DNA of 64,000 nt from Patescibacteria group bacterium (GTDB lineage: Bacteria > Patescibacteriota > Patescibacteriia > GWA2-46-9). The notes under the pieces were generated by a model that made no database searches, was not told where the DNA came from, and saw only the letters and a list, made by a program, of their open reading frames with translations. Below are positions 9,214 through 16,382 of the stretch, one piece after another. The DNA lies in NCBI GenBank assembly GCA_041660005.1, contig JBAZXG010000003.1, forward strand, positions 835-64,834. The letters are read 5' to 3'. Position 1 is the stretch's first letter; each line of letters opens with the position of its first letter. The position numbers and the translations under genes were made by a program.

Positions 9214-9908
9214 AGCAAATTGAAGTAAAAAAGTTGTCAGTATCTTACGGTAACTTTGGCGTGCTCTGCGATATTGATTTTACGGTCGAGAAAGGGGAGT
9301 TTATCGTAATCGTTGGAAAATCGGGAAGTGGTAAGACGACCTTTCTTCACGCACTGGCAGATCTCATCCCGTTCTCTGGGGAGATTGATATTCCTGAAAA
9401 TAAAGGGGTTGTGTTTCAACACTACGCAGTTTTTCCGTGGCTGACCGTTTCAGAAAATATTGCCTTTGGACTTGACCGGTATTCAGAGGAAAAGCAACGG
9501 GAAGTTACTAGTGAACATTTAAGAATCGCTCAACTGGAAGGGAAAGACGATAGTTATCCTGCGGAGCTTTCAGGTGGTCAAGTGCAACGTGTTGCTTTGG
9601 CTCGTTCTTTGGCACACAGTCCAGAGCTTTTATTGATGGACGAACCGTATGGGTCACTGGATGCGTATACAAGAGACCAAATGCAAGAATGGCTTTTAGG
9701 TGTGTGGTCGGAGCATAAAAAAACAATCGTTTTTGTGACCCACAGTATTGAAGAAGCGATTTTTCTTGCAGACAGAATTTTGGTACTTAGCAACAAACAT
9801 TTTATTGAGGAACTCAAAGTTCCTTTTGGTAGACCAAGAAAAGAGGAAATAAAGTTTACGCCAGAATTTAATCAGCTACGAAAAAATATTTTTGAGTCCA
9901 TTAGTTAA
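9210..9908 (+). CDS. ABC transporter ATP-binding protein (NitT/TauT family)
   Basis: Walker A GKSGSGKTT, signature LSGGQVQRVALAR, Walker B LLLMDEP, H-loop VTHS. Confidence 0.9.
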   Translation: MKQIEVKKLSVSYGNFGVLCDIDFTVEKGEFIVIVGKSGSGKTTFLHALADLIPFSGEIDIPENKGVVFQHYAVFPWLTVSENIAFGLDRYSEEKQREVTSEHLRIAQLEGKDDSYPAELSGGQVQRVALARSLAHSPELLLMDEPYGSLDAYTRDQMQEWLLGVWSEHKKTIVFVTHSIEEAIFLADRILVLSNKHFIEELKVPFGRPRKEEIKFTPEFNQLRKNIFESIS

Positions 9909-10126
9909 ACGGTAGTAGTCGCTAGTTCATGGATGCTAGTCACCCGAAGAATTCTTTTCATACTACGTTGTTGACTTTATCTTTATTTTGAAACAAGATG
10001 CGGTTCATAGGAGGTATTCGAACGGTTTCAATAGACCGCATAGTAATCGTTTCGTGGCAAAAACATGGAATAAAGTAGCTAACTGTTTGCTGCTTATTCC
10101 CAACCGGTCAAAGAGGTACATTCGTC

Positions 10127-10648
10127 ATGGTAAACAGTCGTCTTTCCTTTCGTGACTTGGGACAGCCCGAGTTGGAGTTGGTGATCGGGGAGCACCACGG
10201 TGTGTTCGAGCTCCAGGCAGAACACAAAGGTCTGCGCTTCGTGGTAGACCTCACGAAGCGTGGAAGTCGGTGGCCCCACGCAGGGGACGTGTGGAAACTG
10301 CAGCCACTCTATTCTCCGCATGGTTCACGCGTCGTCTTCTGTGAACCACGCGAACTCATAAGGGAGCGAGTTCGTCCGCCTTACTTCGACGTTGCGCGTT
10401 TGGGCGCGCCTACCGTGGAGCTTCAGGAGACAATACACAAGAGGAAGCCTCAGCTCCATGCTCCGTACCAGAGACTCTTCAAGCTTGTGGTCGATCTGGA
10501 ATGGTGGGACGGAGAAACACCACAGGCGGGGCAAATCTGGATTCTCAAACCGCTGAGAACTCCGGATGGGTATCTCATTTTTTCCGAACCTGTTCGGCAC
10601 GTTGATCCTGACACTGTCGACAGCTTCGCCGAACGCGACAGGTGGTAG
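10127..10648 (+). CDS. Hypothetical protein with internal tandem duplication, encoded in a GC-rich segment
   Basis: 173 aa. Two homologous halves: LRFVVDLTKRGSRWPHAGDVWKLQPLYSPHGSRVVFCEP and FKLVVDLEWWDGETPQAGQIWILKPLRTPDGYLIFSEP. GC content is visibly higher than in flanking genes. No family recognised. Confidence 0.5.
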   Translation: MVNSRLSFRDLGQPELELVIGEHHGVFELQAEHKGLRFVVDLTKRGSRWPHAGDVWKLQPLYSPHGSRVVFCEPRELIRERVRPPYFDVARLGAPTVELQETIHKRKPQLHAPYQRLFKLVVDLEWWDGETPQAGQIWILKPLRTPDGYLIFSEPVRHVDPDTVDSFAERDRW

Positions 10649-10750
10649 CAGTTACGCCGCTCGAATAGGCTCGTGCCCTGTAAGTGAGTAGTCCTTCCAG
10701 GATGTATTCTGCGAGCTCAATCTAGAGCTCCTTACATCCACGTTTCTTTC

Positions 10751-10795
10751 GGCGCCGCCCAGGTTCTCCACCCGGGCGGCGTCTTCACTTTTGTT
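10751..10795 (+). terminator. Putative rho-independent terminator (GC stem cgccgccc/gggcggcg, 13-nt loop, T-rich tail)
   Basis: 8-9 bp GC stem at 10753-10781 followed by tcttcacttttgttatt, about 100 nt after the stop of 10127..10648. Confidence 0.4.
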
Positions 10796-11313
10796 ATTCG
10801 TCCTTGGACGCGTGATTAAGATTTAGTATCATAGTTCAAACTATGGTACTGACAGTTATTCTGTAAGAACTCAAGTAACTTCTCGGCCTATATGGGCGAG
10901 CGGAAATCAAAAGTCAAAAGGCAAAACTGCAAATCAAAAATTAAAAACTGTGCACAAACACCGCAGACTTCGCTTTCACTACCTACGCCGATCCTAAGGG
11001 ATTTGCATTGTAATCTTTCAAACCCCCTCATTGATCGGGAGAATGAATGCGCTCTCGGCTAAACCCCTGGTGTCCGGTCGTGGCAATGAGGGCGAAAGCA
11101 GGACGAATAAATTCAAGAGCATGTTTGAGCCGAATTATTAAAGTGAGGCGAGTTTGCTCTTGCTCGTCCTGCTGAGGAAGGAATGCCCGACCGGAGCACC
11201 CGGGGTGTCGTTCTTTTGGTGACTTTTCTTAGACAAGTAAGAAAAGTCACAACCTACAGCCCCGTCAGACGGGGCGAGGTTTATTGGGCCTAGGGTTTTA
11301 ATCCTTACTTACC

Positions 11314-11342
11314 TTGCTACGTAACATATTACGTAGCATAAT
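11314..11342 (+). promoter_or_regulatory. Promoter TTGCTA -17 nt- CATAAT with embedded 24-bp palindromic operator (tgctacgtaaca|tattacgtagca, 11315-11338)
   Basis: -35 and -10 hexamers with a 17-nt spacer, about 28 nt upstream of the nuclease start codon. A near-perfect inverted repeat (1 mismatch in 24) spans the -35, the spacer and the first base of the -10. Confidence 0.45.
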
Positions 11343-11369
11343 GGTTCTACAAATCATTTAAACAAAACC

Positions 11370-12122
11370 ATGTCCGATTATTACAAAGCAAACAGAACGA
11401 GAAATATTTACGATCCTAAGAGTAAGGAGCCGTTTAAATTATCTCGTTCAAAAATCGAAAATTTTTCATCGTGTAAGAAGTGTTTTTACCTTGACCGCCG
11501 ACTGGGTGTGGGACAGCCGTCGGGCTACCCATTAAATTTAAATATCGCGGTCGATACACTTCTCAAAAAAGAGTTCGACATTCACCGCGCAAAACAAAAA
11601 ACGCATCCGCTCATGAAAGCGTATGGGCTGAAAGCCGTACCCTTTGCTCACAAGATGATTAATGAGTGGAGAGAGAATTTTAAGGGTGTGCAGTTTCATC
11701 ATGAGCCGACGAATTTCATTATTTCGGGAGCGGTCGACGATCTCTGGCAAGATGAAAACGGTGAAATTATTGTGGTCGACTATAAGGCCACCAGTAAAAG
11801 TTCTCAGGTTAACCTCGACGCTGCTTGGCAAGACGGGTACAAAAGGCAAATGGAAATATATCAATGGCTACTTCGGAATAATGGTTTGAAAGTGTCGGAC
11901 ACGGGCTATTTTGTGTACTGCAACGGAAAGACAGATGCAGAAGCTTTTGACGCAAAGCTAGAGTTTGACATTGATTTATTGCCCTACACCGGCGACGACT
12001 CTTGGGTTGAAACGCGACTGCATGAAATTAAAAAATGCCTTGACGGAAACATGCCAGACGCAAACCCCAACTGCGATTATTGTAATTATAGAAAAGCAGT
12101 AAGTGAGGTTGATAATAAATAG
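11370..12122 (+). CDS. PD-(D/E)xK superfamily nuclease, Cas4/RecB-like, with N- and C-terminal CxxC pairs (putative Fe-S cluster)
   Basis: 250 aa. Catalytic core ...DDLWQDENGEIIVVDYKAT... (D...E-x-K arrangement). Four cysteines arranged as C-KK-C near the N-terminus and C-DY-C near the C-terminus, as in Cas4/AddB-type nucleases. No CRISPR array or other cas genes in the window. Confidence 0.65.
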   Translation: MSDYYKANRTRNIYDPKSKEPFKLSRSKIENFSSCKKCFYLDRRLGVGQPSGYPLNLNIAVDTLLKKEFDIHRAKQKTHPLMKAYGLKAVPFAHKMINEWRENFKGVQFHHEPTNFIISGAVDDLWQDENGEIIVVDYKATSKSSQVNLDAAWQDGYKRQMEIYQWLLRNNGLKVSDTGYFVYCNGKTDAEAFDAKLEFDIDLLPYTGDDSWVETRLHEIKKCLDGNMPDANPNCDYCNYRKAVSEVDNK

Positions 12123-12169
12123 ATTGACCGACTGAAGAACTAAGTTATAATAATAACATCCTTACAAAC

Positions 12170-12197
12170 TTGAGAATGTTGGTATGAGGTGTATACT
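12170..12197 (+). promoter_or_regulatory. Promoter copy 1 (TTGAGA -16- TATACT) within a 45-bp element repeated at 12486-12532. The predicted TSS coincides with the ATG at 12204, implying a leaderless mRNA.
   Basis: Sequence ataacatCcttacaaacttgagaatgttggtatgagGtGtat occurs twice, at 12150-12195 and 12486-12530, with three substitutions. The -35/-10 hexamers lie inside the repeat. Confidence 0.4.
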
Positions 12198-12203
12198 CTA
12201 GAG

Positions 12204-12491
12204 ATGAAAAAATTCAAAACTGCCAAACAGATGGAGCGCCACCTTAAGGGTATTGCTAACCATTACCGGATCGAAATTTTACTCCTGGTTGGGGATAAAG
12301 ATGGCATTACCCTTGAAGGTATAATTGAAACCATTAAAGCAAACGGGAAAACCATTGGTGAGCATACAAGGCGCCTTCAGCAAGCAGGCCTTATTAATAA
12401 GAGGTATCGGGGTAAATTTGTTGAACACGTTTTGACGCCGTACGGCAGAACATTTGTCCGGTTTCTAAAATCTTTTCAAGGTCTTCAATAA
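12204..12491 (+). CDS. ArsR/SmtB-family winged-helix transcriptional regulator
   Basis: 95 aa. HYRIEILLLV...ITLEGIIETIKANGKTIGEHTRRLQQAGLI matches the ArsR-type HTH and wing. The track ORF begins at GTG 12189, inside the putative promoter, so the ATG at 12204 is preferred. No metal-binding Cys motif is present. Confidence 0.65.
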   Translation: MKKFKTAKQMERHLKGIANHYRIEILLLVGDKDGITLEGIIETIKANGKTIGEHTRRLQQAGLINKRYRGKFVEHVLTPYGRTFVRFLKSFQGLQ

Positions 12492-12504
12492 CATACTTAC
12501 AAAC

Positions 12505-12532
12505 TTGAGAATGTTGGTATGAGATATATTGA
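12505..12532 (+). promoter_or_regulatory. Promoter copy 2 (TTGAGA -16- TATTGA / TATATT) upstream of the HExxH membrane protein
   Basis: Second copy of the 45-bp repeat. It overlaps the stop codon of the ArsR-like gene. Confidence 0.35.
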
Positions 12533-12535
12533 AGC

Positions 12536-13324
12536 TTGAAATTGAGTACCTGTATGTTTTTACCAAGCTTTATTTTCTTGATCGTTATCGTTGTGTTGCT
12601 TGTACTCTCGCGTCTTATCAGCCGGACGCTTTTTAAACTTTTGGGTGAAGGATGGTATATAGTACTTCTCTGGCCCGGCGTCATTGTTCATGAGGGGTCG
12701 CATTTTCTCGGCGCACTGCTTACCTTCACTCCTGTCCGAGGTTTTTCGCTATTGCCCGAAACTGGAGGGTCAGGGTCTCGCGTGCTCGGAGTTGTGCGTC
12801 ACGATCGTCCGAAAAACCCTTTTGCGTCCGTGATAATTTCAGGATTTCCATTAATTGGCGGAACTGTTGCCATTTGGTTATTAACTGTCTTTTTACTTCC
12901 CGGGCTATCATCGTCAATATTGACATCGGAATGGCAGGGTGGAGGGTATAGTAATCTTTTGAATTCTTTTCGTTTTTTAATAAAACGTGGATCGGAAGTT
13001 ATTTCTTTCGGGAGTTGGCAAACTTGGCTATTCCTTTATTTAAGTTTCACCATTAGTGCCCACTTGGCTCCTTCAAGCCATGATCTGAAGTACGTAGCAA
13101 AAGGTCTTATTGGTCTTGTTGTAATACTCGGTGCTCTCTACTGGCTCGCCAGTTTTATAAAAACATCAATGACCCACAATGTTCTCGTATGGCTCGTCGC
13201 GCACATAAATGAGGGTATCTCTAAAATTTTATTTGCTTTTCTTTACCTGGCTTTCATTTCAATCGTCGTCACTGTTGTGTCGCTACTTCTGCTGTCTATT
13301 AAAAAACGTCTTCGTCGTTATTAA
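12536..13324 (+). CDS. Integral membrane protein with HExxH zinc-metalloprotease motif (M50/M56/DUF3267-like zincin)
   Basis: 262 aa, about 6 TM segments. HEGSH motif at the end of TM2 (VIVHEGSHFLGALL). TTG start at 12536, alternative ATG at 12554. Confidence 0.55.
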   Translation: MKLSTCMFLPSFIFLIVIVVLLVLSRLISRTLFKLLGEGWYIVLLWPGVIVHEGSHFLGALLTFTPVRGFSLLPETGGSGSRVLGVVRHDRPKNPFASVIISGFPLIGGTVAIWLLTVFLLPGLSSSILTSEWQGGGYSNLLNSFRFLIKRGSEVISFGSWQTWLFLYLSFTISAHLAPSSHDLKYVAKGLIGLVVILGALYWLASFIKTSMTHNVLVWLVAHINEGISKILFAFLYLAFISIVVTVVSLLLLSIKKRLRRY

Positions 13325-13365
13325 GACTGTCTTCATTGCTGCTGCCTAGGTATATAATTAAACAC

Positions 13366-14136
13366 ATGGATACAACAGCGGTACAAGGGGTAGGTCTCGG
13401 CATATTTTTTAATGCCTTTGTTAGTGTTGTTGTTTCTCTGACAGCTCTCGCTCTCGTAGTATTTATTTTTCACAGATGGTCAAAACTTGATGGCATAATG
13501 AAGTCCTACTCCATTTTTTGGTCTACTGTCGCGGTCATTTGGATGTGCGCATTTATACGCTATGTTTTAGTAGCCACGGGGGTACCACTATTATCTATTC
13601 TCCCACTTGATTATTTTATTCAAGGAACAATTTTTTCTAGCGGCATTATATTGTTTTACTACCTTGGTCTTAGGATTACTAGTCGCACCCCTGTGGCAAT
13701 TTTTTGGGCTCTAGTGTCGGGGTTACTTGCGGCTGTCTCGCTCGTTTTTGTTTTTCGATCAGAAGGTATTGTTTATCCTGGAATAACGTATTTTGCTGCT
13801 GACGCCGAGTTAAACGTAGTTTCTTTTGGAATATTTGCTTTTGAAGTTTTTGTTGCTGCTTGTTTACTGGCGTATGACTTAATGACGCGGCTAAAACGCT
13901 GGAGGCATAAATTAGTTTCAGAGACATTATCGAACGCGCTTTACTCTTTTGGCCTTTTTCTCTATATCAGCTTGGCAGGACTTGATAACATGAAAGTGAT
14001 CAATGATTGGTCGCTCGTTGTTTTTCGAATTTTTTATTGTGGCGTTATCCTTTTCGTCTATATCGTTGTTGTGAGCGAGGAAGAAAACAAGGAGCAATTT
14101 ATTATATCGGCAGCACTTGAACAAAAAAGTTTGTAG
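13366..14136 (+). CDS. Hypothetical polytopic membrane protein (about 7 TM)
   Basis: ORF 13336..14136 with a TTG start. The ATG at 13366 sits about 7 nt after a TATATAAT box at 13351-13358, which suggests a leaderless start. Very hydrophobic, with an acidic C-terminal tail. Confidence 0.5.
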   Translation: MDTTAVQGVGLGIFFNAFVSVVVSLTALALVVFIFHRWSKLDGIMKSYSIFWSTVAVIWMCAFIRYVLVATGVPLLSILPLDYFIQGTIFSSGIILFYYLGLRITSRTPVAIFWALVSGLLAAVSLVFVFRSEGIVYPGITYFAADAELNVVSFGIFAFEVFVAACLLAYDLMTRLKRWRHKLVSETLSNALYSFGLFLYISLAGLDNMKVINDWSLVVFRIFYCGVILFVYIVVVSEEENKEQFIISAALEQKSL

Positions 14137-14218
14137 AAAGTTGTTTATTTTTATAGCTTCGACGCCGCACGGAGTTCCCTAAAATTGTGGGATCTCCGTG
14201 CGGTCGACTGTTGGCTGC

Positions 14219-14512
14219 TCAGGTGATTGTTACCGAGTAACGGCTCGGATCAGCGAGCACCTCCATGGTGTTCCGAATTACAGCCCATGCCTCCATCTGA
14301 GCGGCAAGCGTAACCTCAGAATCGTCGCGTTCCTTGGGGTCGTCGGGTATCGACGACCATGCTGTTGTGATAAGTCCGTCGAGTTTAGTTGCCATTCTGC
14401 TGAAAAAAACGCTGAGCCCCTCGCCAGCCGTGCTGACTGTATTTTGCGTAGTGCCCATTTCGGCAATCCCCTCGACAAACTGCCGTGCCGCTTCTATTGC
14501 GTTGGTTGACAT
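14219..14512 (-). CDS. Hypothetical small protein (97 aa), GC-rich, helical
   Basis: Only convincing ORF in a 530-bp GC-rich gap. GGAGG lies 14 nt upstream of its ATG on the minus strand. A stem-loop at 14170-14206 (cgcacggag / ctccgtgcg) follows its 3' end. Confidence 0.4.
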   Translation of the reverse strand: MSTNAIEAARQFVEGIAEMGTTQNTVSTAGEGLSVFFSRMATKLDGLITTAWSSIPDDPKERDDSEVTLAAQMEAWAVIRNTMEVLADPSRYSVTIT

Positions 14513-14672
14513 AGATCTTTCCTGGCCTCCTGTAGAGCATTACAAACACGAGAACGCCATGACATTAGCACAAGGAAGCTGGACTGACAACGACGAATTC
14601 TTCGATGCGGTAATGTGTATTTTTTCCAATGTCGTGCTATCGTCTTTGCATGTTGCTTTGTAAAACTATTCT

Positions 14673-15554
14673 ATGACCTGGGTTATCTTTGCGCTTCTTG
14701 CGCCGTTCACCTGGGCGTTCGTCAACCTTATTGATCGGTTTGTTATGTTGCGGGTGGTTCGTACGCCATTTGCCCCAGCTTTTGCATACAGTATTGTTGG
14801 CCTTGTTGGGTCGTTCTTAATTTATTCGTACTTTGGTTTTGAATACAGTTCAGCAAGTCACATTACTTTAGCGATTATTGTCGGCGTATTAAATTTAATT
14901 TCATCAATACTTTATTTATACGCGGCGCAGAGGGAAGAAATTTCTCGAATAGTACCGTTGTTGTACTTTGTGCCACTTTTCGTGAGTGTCTTTGCTGCCG
15001 TTTTTTTGAATGAAGTGTTTAGTGTTTGGAAGTATCTTGGCATCGCCCTTTTAATCATGGGGGCTATACTGGTAACCCACCGATCCGGAAAGTTAAGAGT
15101 GAGCAGAGCATTTTGGTTTATGCTCATGTCTGCTTTGTTTTGGGCAGCCTCCTCCGTTTTAGAAAAGTATCTTGTGCAAACAAATAATGTATGGACAGTG
15201 TATGGCTGGGTTCGCATTGGCGCGGGACTTGGTGCACCCATACTCGGCGTTATTGTTTGGAAAGAGCTCAAGCTTGTCGTAAAAACTCATGGTTCATCTC
15301 GATTAGTGCTGATGGGGGTCAACGAGTCAGTAAGTATCACTGCACAGCTTTTTCTATTCTTTGCACTTTCTCTTGGACCAGTAAGCTTGGTGAGCTCTCT
15401 AGGTTTAGTGCAGTCGTTTTTTGTGCTGCTCTTAACCCTAGTTGTTGGTATTTGGTACCCAAAGTTGCTTGAAGAGGAAATGACGACGAGAGTCGTGCTT
15501 CAAAAAGTAGTCGCAACGGTCTTAATGTTTTTTGGCGCGTTTCTAGTAGTTTAG
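14673..15554 (+). CDS. EamA/DMT-family transporter (drug/metabolite exporter, 10 TM)
   Basis: 293 aa with two EamA-like halves of about 5 TM each. Confidence 0.75.
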   Translation: MTWVIFALLAPFTWAFVNLIDRFVMLRVVRTPFAPAFAYSIVGLVGSFLIYSYFGFEYSSASHITLAIIVGVLNLISSILYLYAAQREEISRIVPLLYFVPLFVSVFAAVFLNEVFSVWKYLGIALLIMGAILVTHRSGKLRVSRAFWFMLMSALFWAASSVLEKYLVQTNNVWTVYGWVRIGAGLGAPILGVIVWKELKLVVKTHGSSRLVLMGVNESVSITAQLFLFFALSLGPVSLVSSLGLVQSFFVLLLTLVVGIWYPKLLEEEMTTRVVLQKVVATVLMFFGAFLVV

Positions 15555-15587
15555 CTCTTGGAGCATAGTAAAATGAGGTGGACTCCC

Positions 15588-15617
15588 TTGACATAAGGAA
15601 AGGGAAATATTTATACT
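15588..15617 (+). promoter_or_regulatory. Sigma70-type promoter of the hrcA heat-shock operon (TTGACA -18- TATACT)
   Basis: Consensus -35, near-consensus -10, placed immediately upstream of the CIRCE element. Confidence 0.6.
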
Positions 15618-15620
15618 GAT

Positions 15621-15647
15621 TTAGCACTCTTAATATCAGAGTGCTAA
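15621..15647 (+). promoter_or_regulatory. CIRCE operator (TTAGCACTC-N9-GAGTGCTAA), HrcA binding site
   Basis: Perfect match to the CIRCE consensus inverted repeat with a 9-nt spacer, 10 nt upstream of the hrcA start. Confidence 0.9.
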
Positions 15648-15656
15648 CGCTTCATT

Positions 15657-16376
15657 ATGAGCCAAAAGCTCTCAGAAAGGCAGGCAGCCATATTGGGTTG
15701 TCTTATTCGTGCCCATATAGAAACAGCCGCTCCAGTCGGTTCGCTGACTATCGTTGAACGAACGCGGATTGGTGCCAGTTCCGCCACCATCAGAAATGAA
15801 ATGGCGAACCTTGAGCAAATGGGTTATTTGAGAAGCCCCCACACTTCGGCTGGGCGCATTCCAACAGAGCAAGGGTACCGTTACTACCTTGAGTATTTGG
15901 TTACGCCGGCACTCATGCCAGATATTGAAGAGCGACGTATGCGTTCCATTCAACGGTCGTATGAAGACTTTGAAGAGCGTTTTCGTCAGCTGGCAAAAGC
16001 TGTTGCGGAGTTTTCAGCCGAGGGTGTCTTTCTTGCCTTTGGCAAGAATAATCTCTACTACACTGGTCTTTCGAATTTGTTTGCGCAGCCGGAATTCAGA
16101 GAGCAGCGTCAGCTCGTTGCCATGGGGCAGGTCATTGACCACCTAGACGAAGCGGTCTCAGAAATATTCGCCAGCGAGAGTGGAAATGATGTTACCGTTT
16201 TAGTGGGAAGTGATAATCCGTTTGGTAGAGACTGTAGTGTGATTCTGTTACGCTATGGTTCGAGTGGCAGCAACACCGAAAAAGGATTGTTCGGCATTCT
16301 CGGGCCAACGAGAATGGATTACGACAGGAACATTACGCGCGTTACGCGCGTTCGAGATTGTGTAAAATTAGAATAA
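15657..16376 (+). CDS. hrcA: Heat-inducible transcription repressor HrcA (short form)
   Basis: 239 aa. N-terminal wHTH LSERQAAILGCLIRAHIETAAPVGS. First gene after CIRCE, followed by grpE. Confidence 0.85.
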   Translation: MSQKLSERQAAILGCLIRAHIETAAPVGSLTIVERTRIGASSATIRNEMANLEQMGYLRSPHTSAGRIPTEQGYRYYLEYLVTPALMPDIEERRMRSIQRSYEDFEERFRQLAKAVAEFSAEGVFLAFGKNNLYYTGLSNLFAQPEFREQRQLVAMGQVIDHLDEAVSEIFASESGNDVTVLVGSDNPFGRDCSVILLRYGSSGSNTEKGLFGILGPTRMDYDRNITRVTRVRDCVKLE

Positions 16377-16382
16377 TCTTTT

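Noticed and set aside
11160-11215. SRP (4.5S) RNA, suggested by the GAGGAAGGAAUGCCC string
   Set aside because: It is only a partial resemblance to the GGAAGGAAGCAGCC domain-IV core. The symmetric and asymmetric loop motifs and the closing helix of SRP RNA are not present.
12150-12530. Possible CRISPR array suggested by the two 45-bp direct repeats
   Set aside because: There are only two copies, they are separated by a full protein-coding gene rather than a short spacer, and each contains promoter hexamers. A duplicated promoter is the better explanation. No CRISPR-like repeat-spacer series exists anywhere in the window.
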